IMG/VR virus record: IMGVR_UViG_3300006120_000024
Span: 1 to 58,256 of that record
Strand: one strand, 5' to 3'
Source of the DNA: a virus
Taxonomy: Duplodnaviria > Caudoviricetes
DNA: 58,256 nt
Shown: positions 15,391-25,131 of the stretch, in pieces
Layout of the letters: every line of letters starts with the position of its first letter
How positions within the stretch are numbered: the first letter of the stretch is position 1
The notes under the pieces: generated by a model
Seen by the model: only the letters and a program-made list of their open reading frames with translations
Database searches by the model: none
What the model was told of the DNA's origin: nothing
Made by a program: the position numbers and the translations under genes

Positions 15391-18303
15391 ATGCCAAGTC
15401 AGAATATGGTAAGTCCTGACGATAACGAACATGAGTTTGCTATTGTAGGTAAAGTCATAAATAAAGACATGAAGGAAGCCATTAAGTTTGGTGAAGCTTT
15501 CAAGAAGGTACTTACCGAAGTCGAGAAGATCACAGAGCGCATCTCTAAGAATCTTAATAATACGACTGGCAAACCTGGCTCTGGCAAACTCGGTCTTGGC
15601 GAGATTGTCCGCACCTTAACTCCTGCACAGAAGACTGTTGGTATTGGTCTTGGTGTTGCTGCAGTTGGTGCGGGCGTAGCCAATATGTTCCCAAGCACGA
15701 ACATGGCAGTTACTCAGAGGATGGCCTCTGATTTTGTAGCTGGCCTTAGCGGCATGTCTCCTATGGGAGTTATCTCCCAATCTAATCGCCTTGTTGGTAT
15801 GGGTGCTACTAGCGCCCTTGGCCCAACCATGTCACAGATGAACCTGACCTATCAGGGTGGTTATCTAGCTAGTGACCTAAGCTCAAGAAATGTGATGTCT
15901 AGCATTGGTGGCTTAAGCGCACTCAGTGGTGGTAGCAACGAACAAGTAGCGTCTGCTCTAGCTGGCATGAACGGAATGAACTTTTTACGTGCCGGTATTC
16001 GTATCCGTGATAACAACGGACAGCTTCGTCCTATTCCACAAATTGTTAATGATGTTTATAACCGCCTCTATGGCGCACAGAAGATTACAGCTGATCAAGC
16101 TGCAACTCTTTACAGCCCAACCTCTAAAGGCTACCAAACAATCAATATGCTCACAGGTGGAGATCAAAACCTTAACGGCATTATTATTTCTGCTATTCAA
16201 GCACGTGCAAAATCAGGCCGTCCACTTACACAGGGTGACCTAGGTAACGCACAGAATGCTCTGAACGCTGTAGGCGTAGCCGGTAACAGCCCTGTTCGAG
16301 CACAGTTCAATTACAATGCTGCACAAGCAAAGAGCCTAGAAGTAGCTAGCCCAGGTCTTGTCGGTGGATATAATGCTGCGCTAAATACCTCAGCAACTCT
16401 TACAAACGGTTTGAGCGATATGGCTGGGGCTGTACAAGGAGTAACTAATGCTCTCCTTGGACTTCGTGGATTCTTAAACACATTCCCTAATGCCGGTGGT
16501 GTAGGTGGGGGAATCTCTGGACTTGCAGGAACTGCTATGGGTATTGGCAGCTCTATGATGCAGGCAAGAATTATTGGGCAGATGCTTGGAAGTGGTGGGG
16601 GAGGAGCAACGGGAGCTATCGCACAAGTTGCAGCTAAAGATGGATGGATGCTTCCAGCTGCTGCTAGAGGCGGTATGTTTTCAGGAGGACTACGCTTAGC
16701 TGGTCTTGCACGTTATGGTGGTACAGCTGCTGTAGGCGCAGCTGCTAAGTACGGTCTTGATAAGTTTGTAGGTTCACGCGTAAGTCCTGGCGTAAAGCGT
16801 GGGGGAGATATCGCAGCAACTATGGGCATAGATGCCGCTGCTGGCGCAGCAATCGGATCTATTGTTCCTGGTATTGGTACCGGCATTGGTGCTTTGCTTG
16901 GTACGGCCTATGGCGCCTTCTCCTCATTTGGACATGGTGGAGATGCCCACGATAGCATCGCTAAGACAGACCCAAGCACACGTGGTGGGTACTACCTACC
17001 TGTTCCTAGCAAGACCCCTGTAACGTCCGGATTCGGCCCTAGAAAGGGCGTAGGAGCCACGGGATTCCACTCAGGTATAGATTTTGGTACCCGTGTAGGA
17101 ACGCCCGTCACAGCCTCAGCAAACGGCACTGTGACCTTTACTGGCAACCGCTCTGACTATGGCAACTATGTAATCATCCAGCATGGAAGCAAGTCCAGCC
17201 TCTATGCCCACCTAAGCAAGATCAATGTCAAGGTAGGTCAGAAGGTCTCTGCTGGTGAACCTATTGGATTGTCCGGTGGACAGAAGGGTGCGGCTGGAGC
17301 GGGAGACTCTACTGGTCCACACCTACACTATGAACTTAGAGACAATGGTGGATTTGGTGCGGGAGGCCGCGTAGATCCTGCCAAGACCTTTAACGGCAGC
17401 CAAGGATTGTTCAGCCGTATCTTTAATGATGTCAAGAGCTTCTTAGGATTTGGTGGAAGCAAGCACACTCCATCGGCTAACGCCGCTGCTACTGGGCTTA
17501 ACATGCAGCACAAGACTACCGCCGACCTAAGCTCTAGCGGAATTAACGGAATCATCTCTGGGCTTACACATGGCGGCGAGCCGATCTCATACGCTGACTT
17601 GCAAAAGCATATGACTAACGCTCAGCTTAGCAAGCTAGCAAAGCAGAATATTGACTACTCCCACATTAGCGGTGGAGGAAAAGTAGCTCATAAAGATCTA
17701 ATGAACATGCTCTATCGCAAGGGCTTTACAGGCAAAGCTTTGGATACAGCGTTTGCTGTCTCTCTTGCTGAATCTGGTGGTCGTGCTGGAGCAATCGGTG
17801 ACGTAGGATTGCAGGACTCTAAGTGGGGTCCAAGTATTGGTCTGTTCCAGATCCGTTCTCTAAAAAATTGGAAAGCATATAACGACCCATACCGTGATGC
17901 CCACCGTCTACCTAGTGCACCGTTCAACGTAGAGGCTGCGCTTGATAAGTCAAACCATGGTCGTTCTTGGTCTGCATGGAGCACATACACAAGCGGAGCA
18001 TTTACTAAGTTCCTAGCTGACGCTGTAGCTACAAAAGCAGCCGCGAAGATTCCTTCTTATGACAAAGGCTCAACACGTATTGAGCAAGATCAGCTTGCGG
18101 TTGTTCACAAAGATGAGGCAGTTCTTACAAAGACTCAAGCTGACAAATGGCGTCGTGGCGAAGGTATGGGCGGAGTAGATATTAAGGTTAATATGAATGT
18201 AAACATCGCTAATGCGGGCTTGCCACAGGTACAGCACCTACTTAAAGAGTTCCGTACACAGCTAGAGCGTGACCTTAAGTTGAAGGGAATTGGTAACTAC
18301 TAA
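15391..18303 (+). CDS. Tape measure protein with M23 peptidase and lytic transglycosylase domains
   Basis: Ala/Gly-rich helical N-terminal half; M23 motifs HSGIDF and HLHYE; SLT-like AVSLAESGG..GLFQI..WSAW. Confidence 0.9.
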   Translation: MPSQNMVSPDDNEHEFAIVGKVINKDMKEAIKFGEAFKKVLTEVEKITERISKNLNNTTGKPGSGKLGLGEIVRTLTPAQKTVGIGLGVAAVGAGVANMFPSTNMAVTQRMASDFVAGLSGMSPMGVISQSNRLVGMGATSALGPTMSQMNLTYQGGYLASDLSSRNVMSSIGGLSALSGGSNEQVASALAGMNGMNFLRAGIRIRDNNGQLRPIPQIVNDVYNRLYGAQKITADQAATLYSPTSKGYQTINMLTGGDQNLNGIIISAIQARAKSGRPLTQGDLGNAQNALNAVGVAGNSPVRAQFNYNAAQAKSLEVASPGLVGGYNAALNTSATLTNGLSDMAGAVQGVTNALLGLRGFLNTFPNAGGVGGGISGLAGTAMGIGSSMMQARIIGQMLGSGGGGATGAIAQVAAKDGWMLPAAARGGMFSGGLRLAGLARYGGTAAVGAAAKYGLDKFVGSRVSPGVKRGGDIAATMGIDAAAGAAIGSIVPGIGTGIGALLGTAYGAFSSFGHGGDAHDSIAKTDPSTRGGYYLPVPSKTPVTSGFGPRKGVGATGFHSGIDFGTRVGTPVTASANGTVTFTGNRSDYGNYVIIQHGSKSSLYAHLSKINVKVGQKVSAGEPIGLSGGQKGAAGAGDSTGPHLHYELRDNGGFGAGGRVDPAKTFNGSQGLFSRIFNDVKSFLGFGGSKHTPSANAAATGLNMQHKTTADLSSSGINGIISGLTHGGEPISYADLQKHMTNAQLSKLAKQNIDYSHISGGGKVAHKDLMNMLYRKGFTGKALDTAFAVSLAESGGRAGAIGDVGLQDSKWGPSIGLFQIRSLKNWKAYNDPYRDAHRLPSAPFNVEAALDKSNHGRSWSAWSTYTSGAFTKFLADAVATKAAAKIPSYDKGSTRIEQDQLAVVHKDEAVLTKTQADKWRRGEGMGGVDIKVNMNVNIANAGLPQVQHLLKEFRTQLERDLKLKGIGNY

Positions 18304-20024
18304 TGGCCACCCCATCATATTTTTATGTAGTTTATTTGACTGAACAGCTTAATGGAACAAATGTTTACATTACAACCCCAACAGTAAAAGCAAACGTTGG
18401 GGATAGATTTGTCTATCAGGTTGTTGTATATCAAAACGATGGAAGCGGCAACATCACTCAGTTTACAAATACCTCAGCGGTCGCAGTGACTGTAGATAGC
18501 AGCCAAAACAACTATTACTATTACAGTGGAGGTGTTGGATTCCACAATATTGTGGGAACAGATGACACCAATCATTGGTACACAATGGTGCCCCTTATCT
18601 CTGCCATACAAAACGCCAAGATCAACGTTTTTACTCCAAAAATTAACGTTAACTTCCGCAGTGATAACAGCGCTATTCCGTTTCATTCTGGCTATGGGTA
18701 TAGCCTAGATAGTTCTGGTAACTGGTATACACCGGTAGTTCCTGGAAGCTCAACTGCTCCAGATCTTCCTGCTAGCCAGGTGACTAGCATTCAAACTATT
18801 AATGTAACTAAAGCTATCAAGCAACCTGCTGTACCACAACAAGTTTTGTCACATGCTAATGGTCAAACTAATCTTTGCAAATACAATCAGGCTACAGGTC
18901 AATGGACAGCTGTAACGGTTACAGATAATCATAACGGCACCTGGAACGTATTTGTAACTAACTATAAAGCTGATGGCACTCAAGTTGGTAGTACAACCTT
19001 GCTTGGAACAGATAGCCAAAAGAGTGGTGGTCCTGCTTATTTAAAAGCACAGGCATTTCTTGTGCAAGCGGATACAAGCAACACCTCTAACCCTAAGACT
19101 CTTGTACCTAAGCCGGACAATACAACTAGCACCTCTACACCTGTCCCACCCCCAACAGATCTAGACTCTTCTAGTGTTAACCCTCCTACTAATACCTATT
19201 CTCGTACTGTCTCGTATTCAGATATAGTAAAGCTCAAGGATGTTTACATTCCGCCTGAGAAAAACCCTCTTATTTACACAGAGGTTTACAAGCTACTTCA
19301 AACTCCAAATACTCTTGGAAAGATTAGGCAAGATCCAAATACTGCAGGTGCGCTTAATGGAAGCAAGAGCAAAGGTCTTCCTAGTGGTGTAAAAATTAAC
19401 GGGGTTAATACCCGTATTTGGGGCTTTAACTTTATGTACAACCCTACAACCATTTCCTACAGTACTCAAGCTAATAACTCTGTTGACTGGACTTATGGTT
19501 CTAAGGATCCTGCAGCATTGCTTCAGGGAAATACCTCTGTAACTTTTGATCTTTACCTAAACCGTATTGTTGACCTGCAGGTTCTTAAAGGCAATAACTA
19601 CAGTAAGATGTATGGTGGAGTAAAGCTTACTGATAAGCAGGTTAATGGAATCCTTTCACGAGGCACGGAGTATGACCTTGAATATCTATATCGCGTAGTT
19701 AATGGCGACCCTACTCCTAACAACCCGCTATTAAACAACGGAGATAAAGAAGGAACTGCTGATTACGGTTATGTTACTGGCGTACCGTTTTGGCTTTACC
19801 TAAGCGATAACCTTCGTTATTTTGGAAGCCTTGCATCTATAAATGTCAACCACGTTATGTTTACCCCTAACATGGTGCCTATGCTTTCTGTCGTATCATT
19901 AACCATCGCCAGGTACCCATCAATTGCTACGCAAACTTCAGATGGTAAGTCTTACTACTCTGATTATCAGACATTTGCTAAGTATCTAACCTCATCTGGC
20001 CAGACACCACCATCGGGAGGATAA
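18303..20024 (+). CDS. Tail tube initiator / baseplate protein with a long N-terminal extension
   Basis: C-terminal F.FMYNP..I and F...MVP....V.L motifs of CIS tube-like proteins; located after the tape measure. Confidence 0.6.
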   Translation: MATPSYFYVVYLTEQLNGTNVYITTPTVKANVGDRFVYQVVVYQNDGSGNITQFTNTSAVAVTVDSSQNNYYYYSGGVGFHNIVGTDDTNHWYTMVPLISAIQNAKINVFTPKINVNFRSDNSAIPFHSGYGYSLDSSGNWYTPVVPGSSTAPDLPASQVTSIQTINVTKAIKQPAVPQQVLSHANGQTNLCKYNQATGQWTAVTVTDNHNGTWNVFVTNYKADGTQVGSTTLLGTDSQKSGGPAYLKAQAFLVQADTSNTSNPKTLVPKPDNTTSTSTPVPPPTDLDSSSVNPPTNTYSRTVSYSDIVKLKDVYIPPEKNPLIYTEVYKLLQTPNTLGKIRQDPNTAGALNGSKSKGLPSGVKINGVNTRIWGFNFMYNPTTISYSTQANNSVDWTYGSKDPAALLQGNTSVTFDLYLNRIVDLQVLKGNNYSKMYGGVKLTDKQVNGILSRGTEYDLEYLYRVVNGDPTPNNPLLNNGDKEGTADYGYVTGVPFWLYLSDNLRYFGSLASINVNHVMFTPNMVPMLSVVSLTIARYPSIATQTSDGKSYYSDYQTFAKYLTSSGQTPPSGG

Positions 20025-20025
20025 G

Positions 20026-20307
20026 ATGATTGAGAACGTTTCTAGATACTACAACGGACCTCTAAGCCAAACCCCAAATAAATATACCGGGGCGTATGAA
20101 ATTTCCGTCTACCGTGCGTTTCCTAAGAGCGAAACAGTTAAGTACTTTGTACACACGTGGGCTTCAGGAGAAGACCTTACAGCTTTAGCTGCCCAATACT
20201 GCGGTGGGGCAAAGTATTGGTGGAGAATCTTGGAGATTAATCCAGAGATCACCGACCCATTTGCTATTGCTCCTGGGGTTAAGGTTAGGGTTCCGTATGG
20301 AAACTAG
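20026..20307 (+). CDS. LysM-domain baseplate protein (tail X/gp53-like)
   Basis: GEDL..LA..Y.G....WW.I...NP.I.DP..I.PG..VRVP. Confidence 0.85.
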   Translation: MIENVSRYYNGPLSQTPNKYTGAYEISVYRAFPKSETVKYFVHTWASGEDLTALAAQYCGGAKYWWRILEINPEITDPFAIAPGVKVRVPYGN

Positions 20308-21139
20308 TCCTACAATTGCTCAAAAAAACTTTGTATACCAAAGTGCTGCTTACTCTAGCTCTTTCTCTGTAGAGTTTCCAAAGCTGCCATCTTTAGAACT
20401 TATCTTGATTGGTGCAGAGATGTACCAAGATATGATGGAGCACGATCGTCTTGTGCTCCACTTTAAAGGCAAGCCATTTGTAGAGAGCACCTCTATTGCC
20501 AACCCTGACCCAGTTAAGTTCACCTACAGTGCTGACAATATAACCAAAGTATTTAACGGGTATGTTCACACGGTTGAATCTATCAATGGCATCAACGGTT
20601 CTAATACAGATGTTATCTGCGTATCTGCTTCCTATGTTTTAAAAGACAGCGATCAGCAGGTGTACACAAATGTTACAGCCGATCAAGTAGTATCTAAGAT
20701 AGCTGCTAAGCACAGCATGTCTGCTACAACTCAGCGCCACCCACGAGTGCGCAACATGATCGTTCAAGCAGGACAGACAGACTGGCAGATTTGCACCCGC
20801 CTTGCCAAGCAAACTGGCTTTGCCCTACGTACGGAAAACACTACAATCACTTTTGTTTCTAAAGACAAGATTTACTCTGATCGTAAAGCTTCAGCCCCGT
20901 ATTTCTTCTATGTAGACAACCCCATCAATGGAGTTATTACTAGAGCTGACCGTTCATACGGAACGATATTTTCTTTCCACCCACTTGTGTCAGATGACAG
21001 CCCTGAGCTTGGAATTAAAGTGGACCGTATTATTGGTGTTACAAGTTCTGTCAACGTTACCACACAAATCAAGACACCACTTAAAACCCCTAAAGTTTCT
21101 AAGGGTGTTGTTGTTCCGAATGCGAGCTACTTTCTATGA
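20297..21139 (+). CDS. Baseplate hub protein (gp27/GpD-like), N-terminal part
   Basis: F.GYV, A..V..IA.KH and Q.GQTDW....RLA..TGF motifs; likely start is ATG 20297. Confidence 0.75.
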   Translation: METSPTIAQKNFVYQSAAYSSSFSVEFPKLPSLELILIGAEMYQDMMEHDRLVLHFKGKPFVESTSIANPDPVKFTYSADNITKVFNGYVHTVESINGINGSNTDVICVSASYVLKDSDQQVYTNVTADQVVSKIAAKHSMSATTQRHPRVRNMIVQAGQTDWQICTRLAKQTGFALRTENTTITFVSKDKIYSDRKASAPYFFYVDNPINGVITRADRSYGTIFSFHPLVSDDSPELGIKVDRIIGVTSSVNVTTQIKTPLKTPKVSKGVVVPNASYFL

Positions 21140-21750
21140 GCACCTATTCAAAGAACACGACTACAGCTACCCCTAAAGCAAACTTTAAGAAGTATCACGT
21201 ACATGAAATTGCTGAGACTCTTACAGAAGCTAAGTACATCAGTGATGATCTTAGCAATAACTACCGTTACCAGCACAGAGCAAAGGTAACTATTATTGGT
21301 AATGTAAACCTAGCTCCATACGAACCAATCTATCTAGATGGTTTGCCAAATGGCATGTCTGGTTATTGGACTGTGCTATCTGTCAAACACATCTTTGGTG
21401 GAAGCCCAGCAGACTATATGTGTGAGCTTTTGGTAGGAACAGATGTGATTGGGGATACAAACCCAGATGCTAAAAACGTTACCCCTAGCAGAGATGTACA
21501 AGCTGAGATATCTAATCAATCTTTGGTTGCCCCGGATGCTGCGCTAGTAAACTATTCAACTTCAGTAAATGGTTCAAGTTTGATTCCCAACTATGGAAGC
21601 ACTGCTCAAAGCCCGGCAGTTACTAAGTCTCCATTTGATCTATCAGACACCCTAAGTCCTGTACCTTATGCAGTCCATACCCCAGATTTTTCTAAGGTTA
21701 AAAGAACGGTAAAATGGGTGGCTACCAAACCGAACAGGGTGATTAAATGA
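21136..21750 (+). CDS. Baseplate hub protein, C-terminal part
   Basis: A.V.IIGN..L.P..PIYLDGL..SGYW.V.SV.H motif of gp27/GpD C-terminal barrels. Confidence 0.7.
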   Translation: MSTYSKNTTTATPKANFKKYHVHEIAETLTEAKYISDDLSNNYRYQHRAKVTIIGNVNLAPYEPIYLDGLPNGMSGYWTVLSVKHIFGGSPADYMCELLVGTDVIGDTNPDAKNVTPSRDVQAEISNQSLVAPDAALVNYSTSVNGSSLIPNYGSTAQSPAVTKSPFDLSDTLSPVPYAVHTPDFSKVKRTVKWVATKPNRVIK

Positions 21751-22361
21751 ACGATCAAGACTACATGGTTGACCCGCTAGGGCGTTTACGTTTCTTCGGA
21801 GTTTATTCAGCAATAGTGGTTAATAACAAAGACCCACTAAATAAAAGCAGAGTTCAAGTTCAGATTCCTGGAATTGTAGGGCCTAATACAACTAACTGGG
21901 CCAGAGCTTGCCTGCCTATTACAGACAACTCTTATCATCCAGACCACAACCCACATACTGCGGCGCAGATAGCTGCCCTGCTTACTACCTCTACAGCTTC
22001 CGCAAGCGGAGCAGATCCACAAGGCGGTACGGTAACGGTCACGGTCCCGCAGCTAACTGTTGTGGCTAAAAGCTCTACCCCTGGACCTACCAATCAGCTT
22101 AACCACACCCATGCAACTACCCATTCCATGATTACTCAGGTACCGGGAAGTAAGAATTCTTACGTTGCAGATGGTATTATTCAATCTGCGACTGATACGC
22201 AAGAGGCAAGTAAATATGCCAATGGCGTTACTGCACCAGACGGCACCACCACACCAGAGCATACATTCCATAGGGCTGTACCTGTTGTTGGGCAGCAGAT
22301 CTGGGTAATGTTTGAAGGCGGAGATCCCGAGTATCCAGTATGGATTGGAGTACAGGCATGA
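21747..22361 (+). CDS. Baseplate spike OB-fold protein (gp5/gpV-like) with His-rich insertion
   Basis: G.Y.A.V.NNKDP...RVQV.IP...WA..C and P.VG..IWVMFEGGDP.YPVW.G motifs. Confidence 0.85.
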   Translation: MNDQDYMVDPLGRLRFFGVYSAIVVNNKDPLNKSRVQVQIPGIVGPNTTNWARACLPITDNSYHPDHNPHTAAQIAALLTTSTASASGADPQGGTVTVTVPQLTVVAKSSTPGPTNQLNHTHATTHSMITQVPGSKNSYVADGIIQSATDTQEASKYANGVTAPDGTTTPEHTFHRAVPVVGQQIWVMFEGGDPEYPVWIGVQA

Positions 22362-22750
22362 CACAGGCCGTTTACTTCCCGTATACCACGGATGCTGTTG
22401 GCGCACTCATTTCCACCACAGATCCTAGAAAGATATATCTGGACAAGGTACTTACCCTTCTCTCTACCCACGTAGGTCAGCGCCCTGTTACAAAAGAATA
22501 CGGCACAGACTGGAGCGGGGCGTTCTTTGAAAACGACAGCGTATTCTCAACTTCTGTTAAGTTTGCAATCAATTCAGCAATCTCTAGATGGCTTCCTGAT
22601 CTTACGGTTGCCTCTATAGATGTGAGCGACATTGGAAACGATGGAAATGCGATTGTAAATATTCAGCTGGTGTTTCCTGACAACACTAGCTACAACCTTG
22701 GAATTAACACATCTGTTTTTAACCTAGACGGAACGATTACGGCGGTATAA
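22358..22750 (+). CDS. Baseplate wedge protein (gp25/GPW-like)
   Basis: LL.T..G.RP....YG and AI.RWLP motifs. Confidence 0.85.
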   Translation: MTQAVYFPYTTDAVGALISTTDPRKIYLDKVLTLLSTHVGQRPVTKEYGTDWSGAFFENDSVFSTSVKFAINSAISRWLPDLTVASIDVSDIGNDGNAIVNIQLVFPDNTSYNLGINTSVFNLDGTITAV

Positions 22751-22752
22751 AT

Positions 22753-24516
22753 ATGAGCTCATATCAGATTGACTACACCTCACGAGATTTTTCTGGTCTT
22801 AAAAATGACCTCATCAATCTTATTAACTACCGCACAGGTAAACAGTGGAACCCTACTGACTACAGTGATCTAGGTAACGTTCTTGTAGAAGCCTTTGCAT
22901 ACATGGGCGACGTTATGTCTCACTACCTTGACCGTGTAGCAAATGAAACATCTGTTTCTACGGCTATCCAGCGAGACACTCTTCTTTCTTTTGCATCTCT
23001 CTATGGTTACAAGCCTTCTGGTCCTACCCCAGCTAGCTGCACAATCCAATTCACCAACATCAGCAGCAACACTATTGACCTGCCTGTAGGAACTCAGGTT
23101 ATGGCTCCGCTTAACTACGGACCATTTGCACAGGTTTACTTTGAAACAACCCAGGCTGCTTATGGAGTTATTCCCGGACAGGTAATTAACCTTACAGCTC
23201 AAGAAGGAAAGACTGTTAACACAGACCGCCCTGACTTGATTGACCCTACCTATAACAAGCCGCTTCCTATCAGCCTTGGAACTTCTGATGGTACAGCAAA
23301 CCAAAACATCCCTATCTTGGATGTAGGCATCATTGATAATTCATTGGTTGTATATGTAGGACAAGGCGTGGCATTTGCTCCATGGTCTTACGTAACCAGC
23401 TTGGCTGAGTATGGCCCACAAGATCGCGTCTTTACTACTATCTTAAATAGTGATGGCACAGTTACCGTTGTCTTTGGAGATAACATCAACGGAGCGATCC
23501 CACCAGCCAGCCAGCTTATTAGCGCAACCTATAAGACAAGCGCAGGTGCTGCCGGAAACATTATCTCTCAGGTTGTTTCAGAACTTACCTTTGTACCTGG
23601 CAACACTGATCCACAAGTTCTTTCTTACTTTACTGTAACTAACCCAAGCCCAGCTATTGGCGGTGCAGACTCTGACGATACTACAGCTTTGCGCTCAAAA
23701 ATCACAGCGTCTATTACGGCTCGTAAGCGTGCAGTTACCTTGGCAGACTACTCTGCTTTGGCATTGACAGTTCCTCAGGTAGGTAAAGCAAGCGCTGCGG
23801 CCTCAGTCTATTCCTCTGTAAACCTTTATCTGCAGACACAAAATGACTCAACTACAACTCCTGGGCTTACAGTAAACGCCGTATCAATCGCATCTATTAC
23901 TGCTACAGGCACCGTAGTAACAGTTAACACCACTACTGCACACGGTTTTGTAGCCGGCCAAGCCGTAGTTCTTACAGGTAACGTACCAACTGCATACAAC
24001 TTTGCAGGCGTTCTAATCGCCTCTGTGCCTACAACCACATCGTTTACAATTGCAAGTACTGTTACAGGAACGCTAACTACTGCGGGAACCGCCACAGTTA
24101 CCACCCCAACCGCAGCATGGACTACGTTGTCTACAGCTGTAACTAAGTACATGGCAGATAAAATTCCTATTGGAACTACCCTTACAATTTTGCCCCCTAC
24201 ATATATTCCTGTATACGTATCACTTACAGTTACGATTGGAAGCGCGTACTCACAGGCCGCTACTAAGCTGGCTGTGTACCAGGCGTTTTTAGGAGCTAAC
24301 GGAGTCTTTACTTACTCTAACAACTTGTTTGGTGACACGATTCCTCTATCGACTATCATTTCTGCTGCACAAAACGTAACAGGAGTTATCTCTGTAAACG
24401 TCACACAATTAAATACAGATAACAGCAGCACAGTAAGCACAATCTCTTTGGCAGCAAATCAGATCCCTTATTTGCTATCAACAAACCTAGTAATTACAGC
24501 TACGGGCGGGCTATAA
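22753..24516 (+). CDS. Baseplate wedge J-like protein (gp6-like)
   Basis: DYTSRDF, D.G..L.E..AY.GD, FGD..NG..P, GGAD and RAVT..DY motifs. Confidence 0.9.
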   Translation: MSSYQIDYTSRDFSGLKNDLINLINYRTGKQWNPTDYSDLGNVLVEAFAYMGDVMSHYLDRVANETSVSTAIQRDTLLSFASLYGYKPSGPTPASCTIQFTNISSNTIDLPVGTQVMAPLNYGPFAQVYFETTQAAYGVIPGQVINLTAQEGKTVNTDRPDLIDPTYNKPLPISLGTSDGTANQNIPILDVGIIDNSLVVYVGQGVAFAPWSYVTSLAEYGPQDRVFTTILNSDGTVTVVFGDNINGAIPPASQLISATYKTSAGAAGNIISQVVSELTFVPGNTDPQVLSYFTVTNPSPAIGGADSDDTTALRSKITASITARKRAVTLADYSALALTVPQVGKASAAASVYSSVNLYLQTQNDSTTTPGLTVNAVSIASITATGTVVTVNTTTAHGFVAGQAVVLTGNVPTAYNFAGVLIASVPTTTSFTIASTVTGTLTTAGTATVTTPTAAWTTLSTAVTKYMADKIPIGTTLTILPPTYIPVYVSLTVTIGSAYSQAATKLAVYQAFLGANGVFTYSNNLFGDTIPLSTIISAAQNVTGVISVNVTQLNTDNSSTVSTISLAANQIPYLLSTNLVITATGGL

Positions 24517-24544
24517 TGGAAGACCTGAAAGGTAAGGAATACTA

Positions 24545-25123
24545 ATGACCGCGTCATATCCTACTAGTGTCAAGCCGTTTACCCCTAAGGTAGACCTTCA
24601 AGACACCGTAATTGCAGATCACGTAAACGCTCTGCAGCTAGAAGTAGCAGCTGTTGAAACAACTCTTGGTGTCACACTCAGCTCTTCTGATGGCCCGCTT
24701 ATCTCTACTTGGTCAGGTGCGTTTGCTCGTACTACTGCCTGGGATAGCTTGACTCATCGCATTAACAATATTGAATCTGGTCTTGTTAATGGCGTAGTGG
24801 GTAGCCCGTATCTTCAAAAGTCTGGTGACACAATCAACCCAGCTGGAGTTGTTGGTGTTACCCTTACTGCACAGTCTGGTACAGCAAACCTTCTTGAAGC
24901 ACGCCCTATCGGTGGGGCAACTCTTAACTTTAACCTTGACTACACTGGCCTTCCAAAGGTTGGAACAGCAAATGTTTTGTATGTAGGAAGCACTGATTAC
25001 AACACGCTTACTACTAACATCTCTACTGCAACTACTACAGCCAACTCAGCGTTAAGCACAGCTAATGGTGCAGCAGCTGCTGTAGGAACCTCTCTTCATC
25101 CATTCCTATTAATGGGAGTATAA
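24545..25123 (+). CDS. Baseplate/fibre-associated protein
   Basis: A.YP.S...F..K.D..D.V.A.HVN.LQ.EV.A.E..LG motif common in phage tail clusters. Confidence 0.55.
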   Translation: MTASYPTSVKPFTPKVDLQDTVIADHVNALQLEVAAVETTLGVTLSSSDGPLISTWSGAFARTTAWDSLTHRINNIESGLVNGVVGSPYLQKSGDTINPAGVVGVTLTAQSGTANLLEARPIGGATLNFNLDYTGLPKVGTANVLYVGSTDYNTLTTNISTATTTANSALSTANGAAAAVGTSLHPFLLMGV

Positions 25124-25131
25124 TTTAAATT

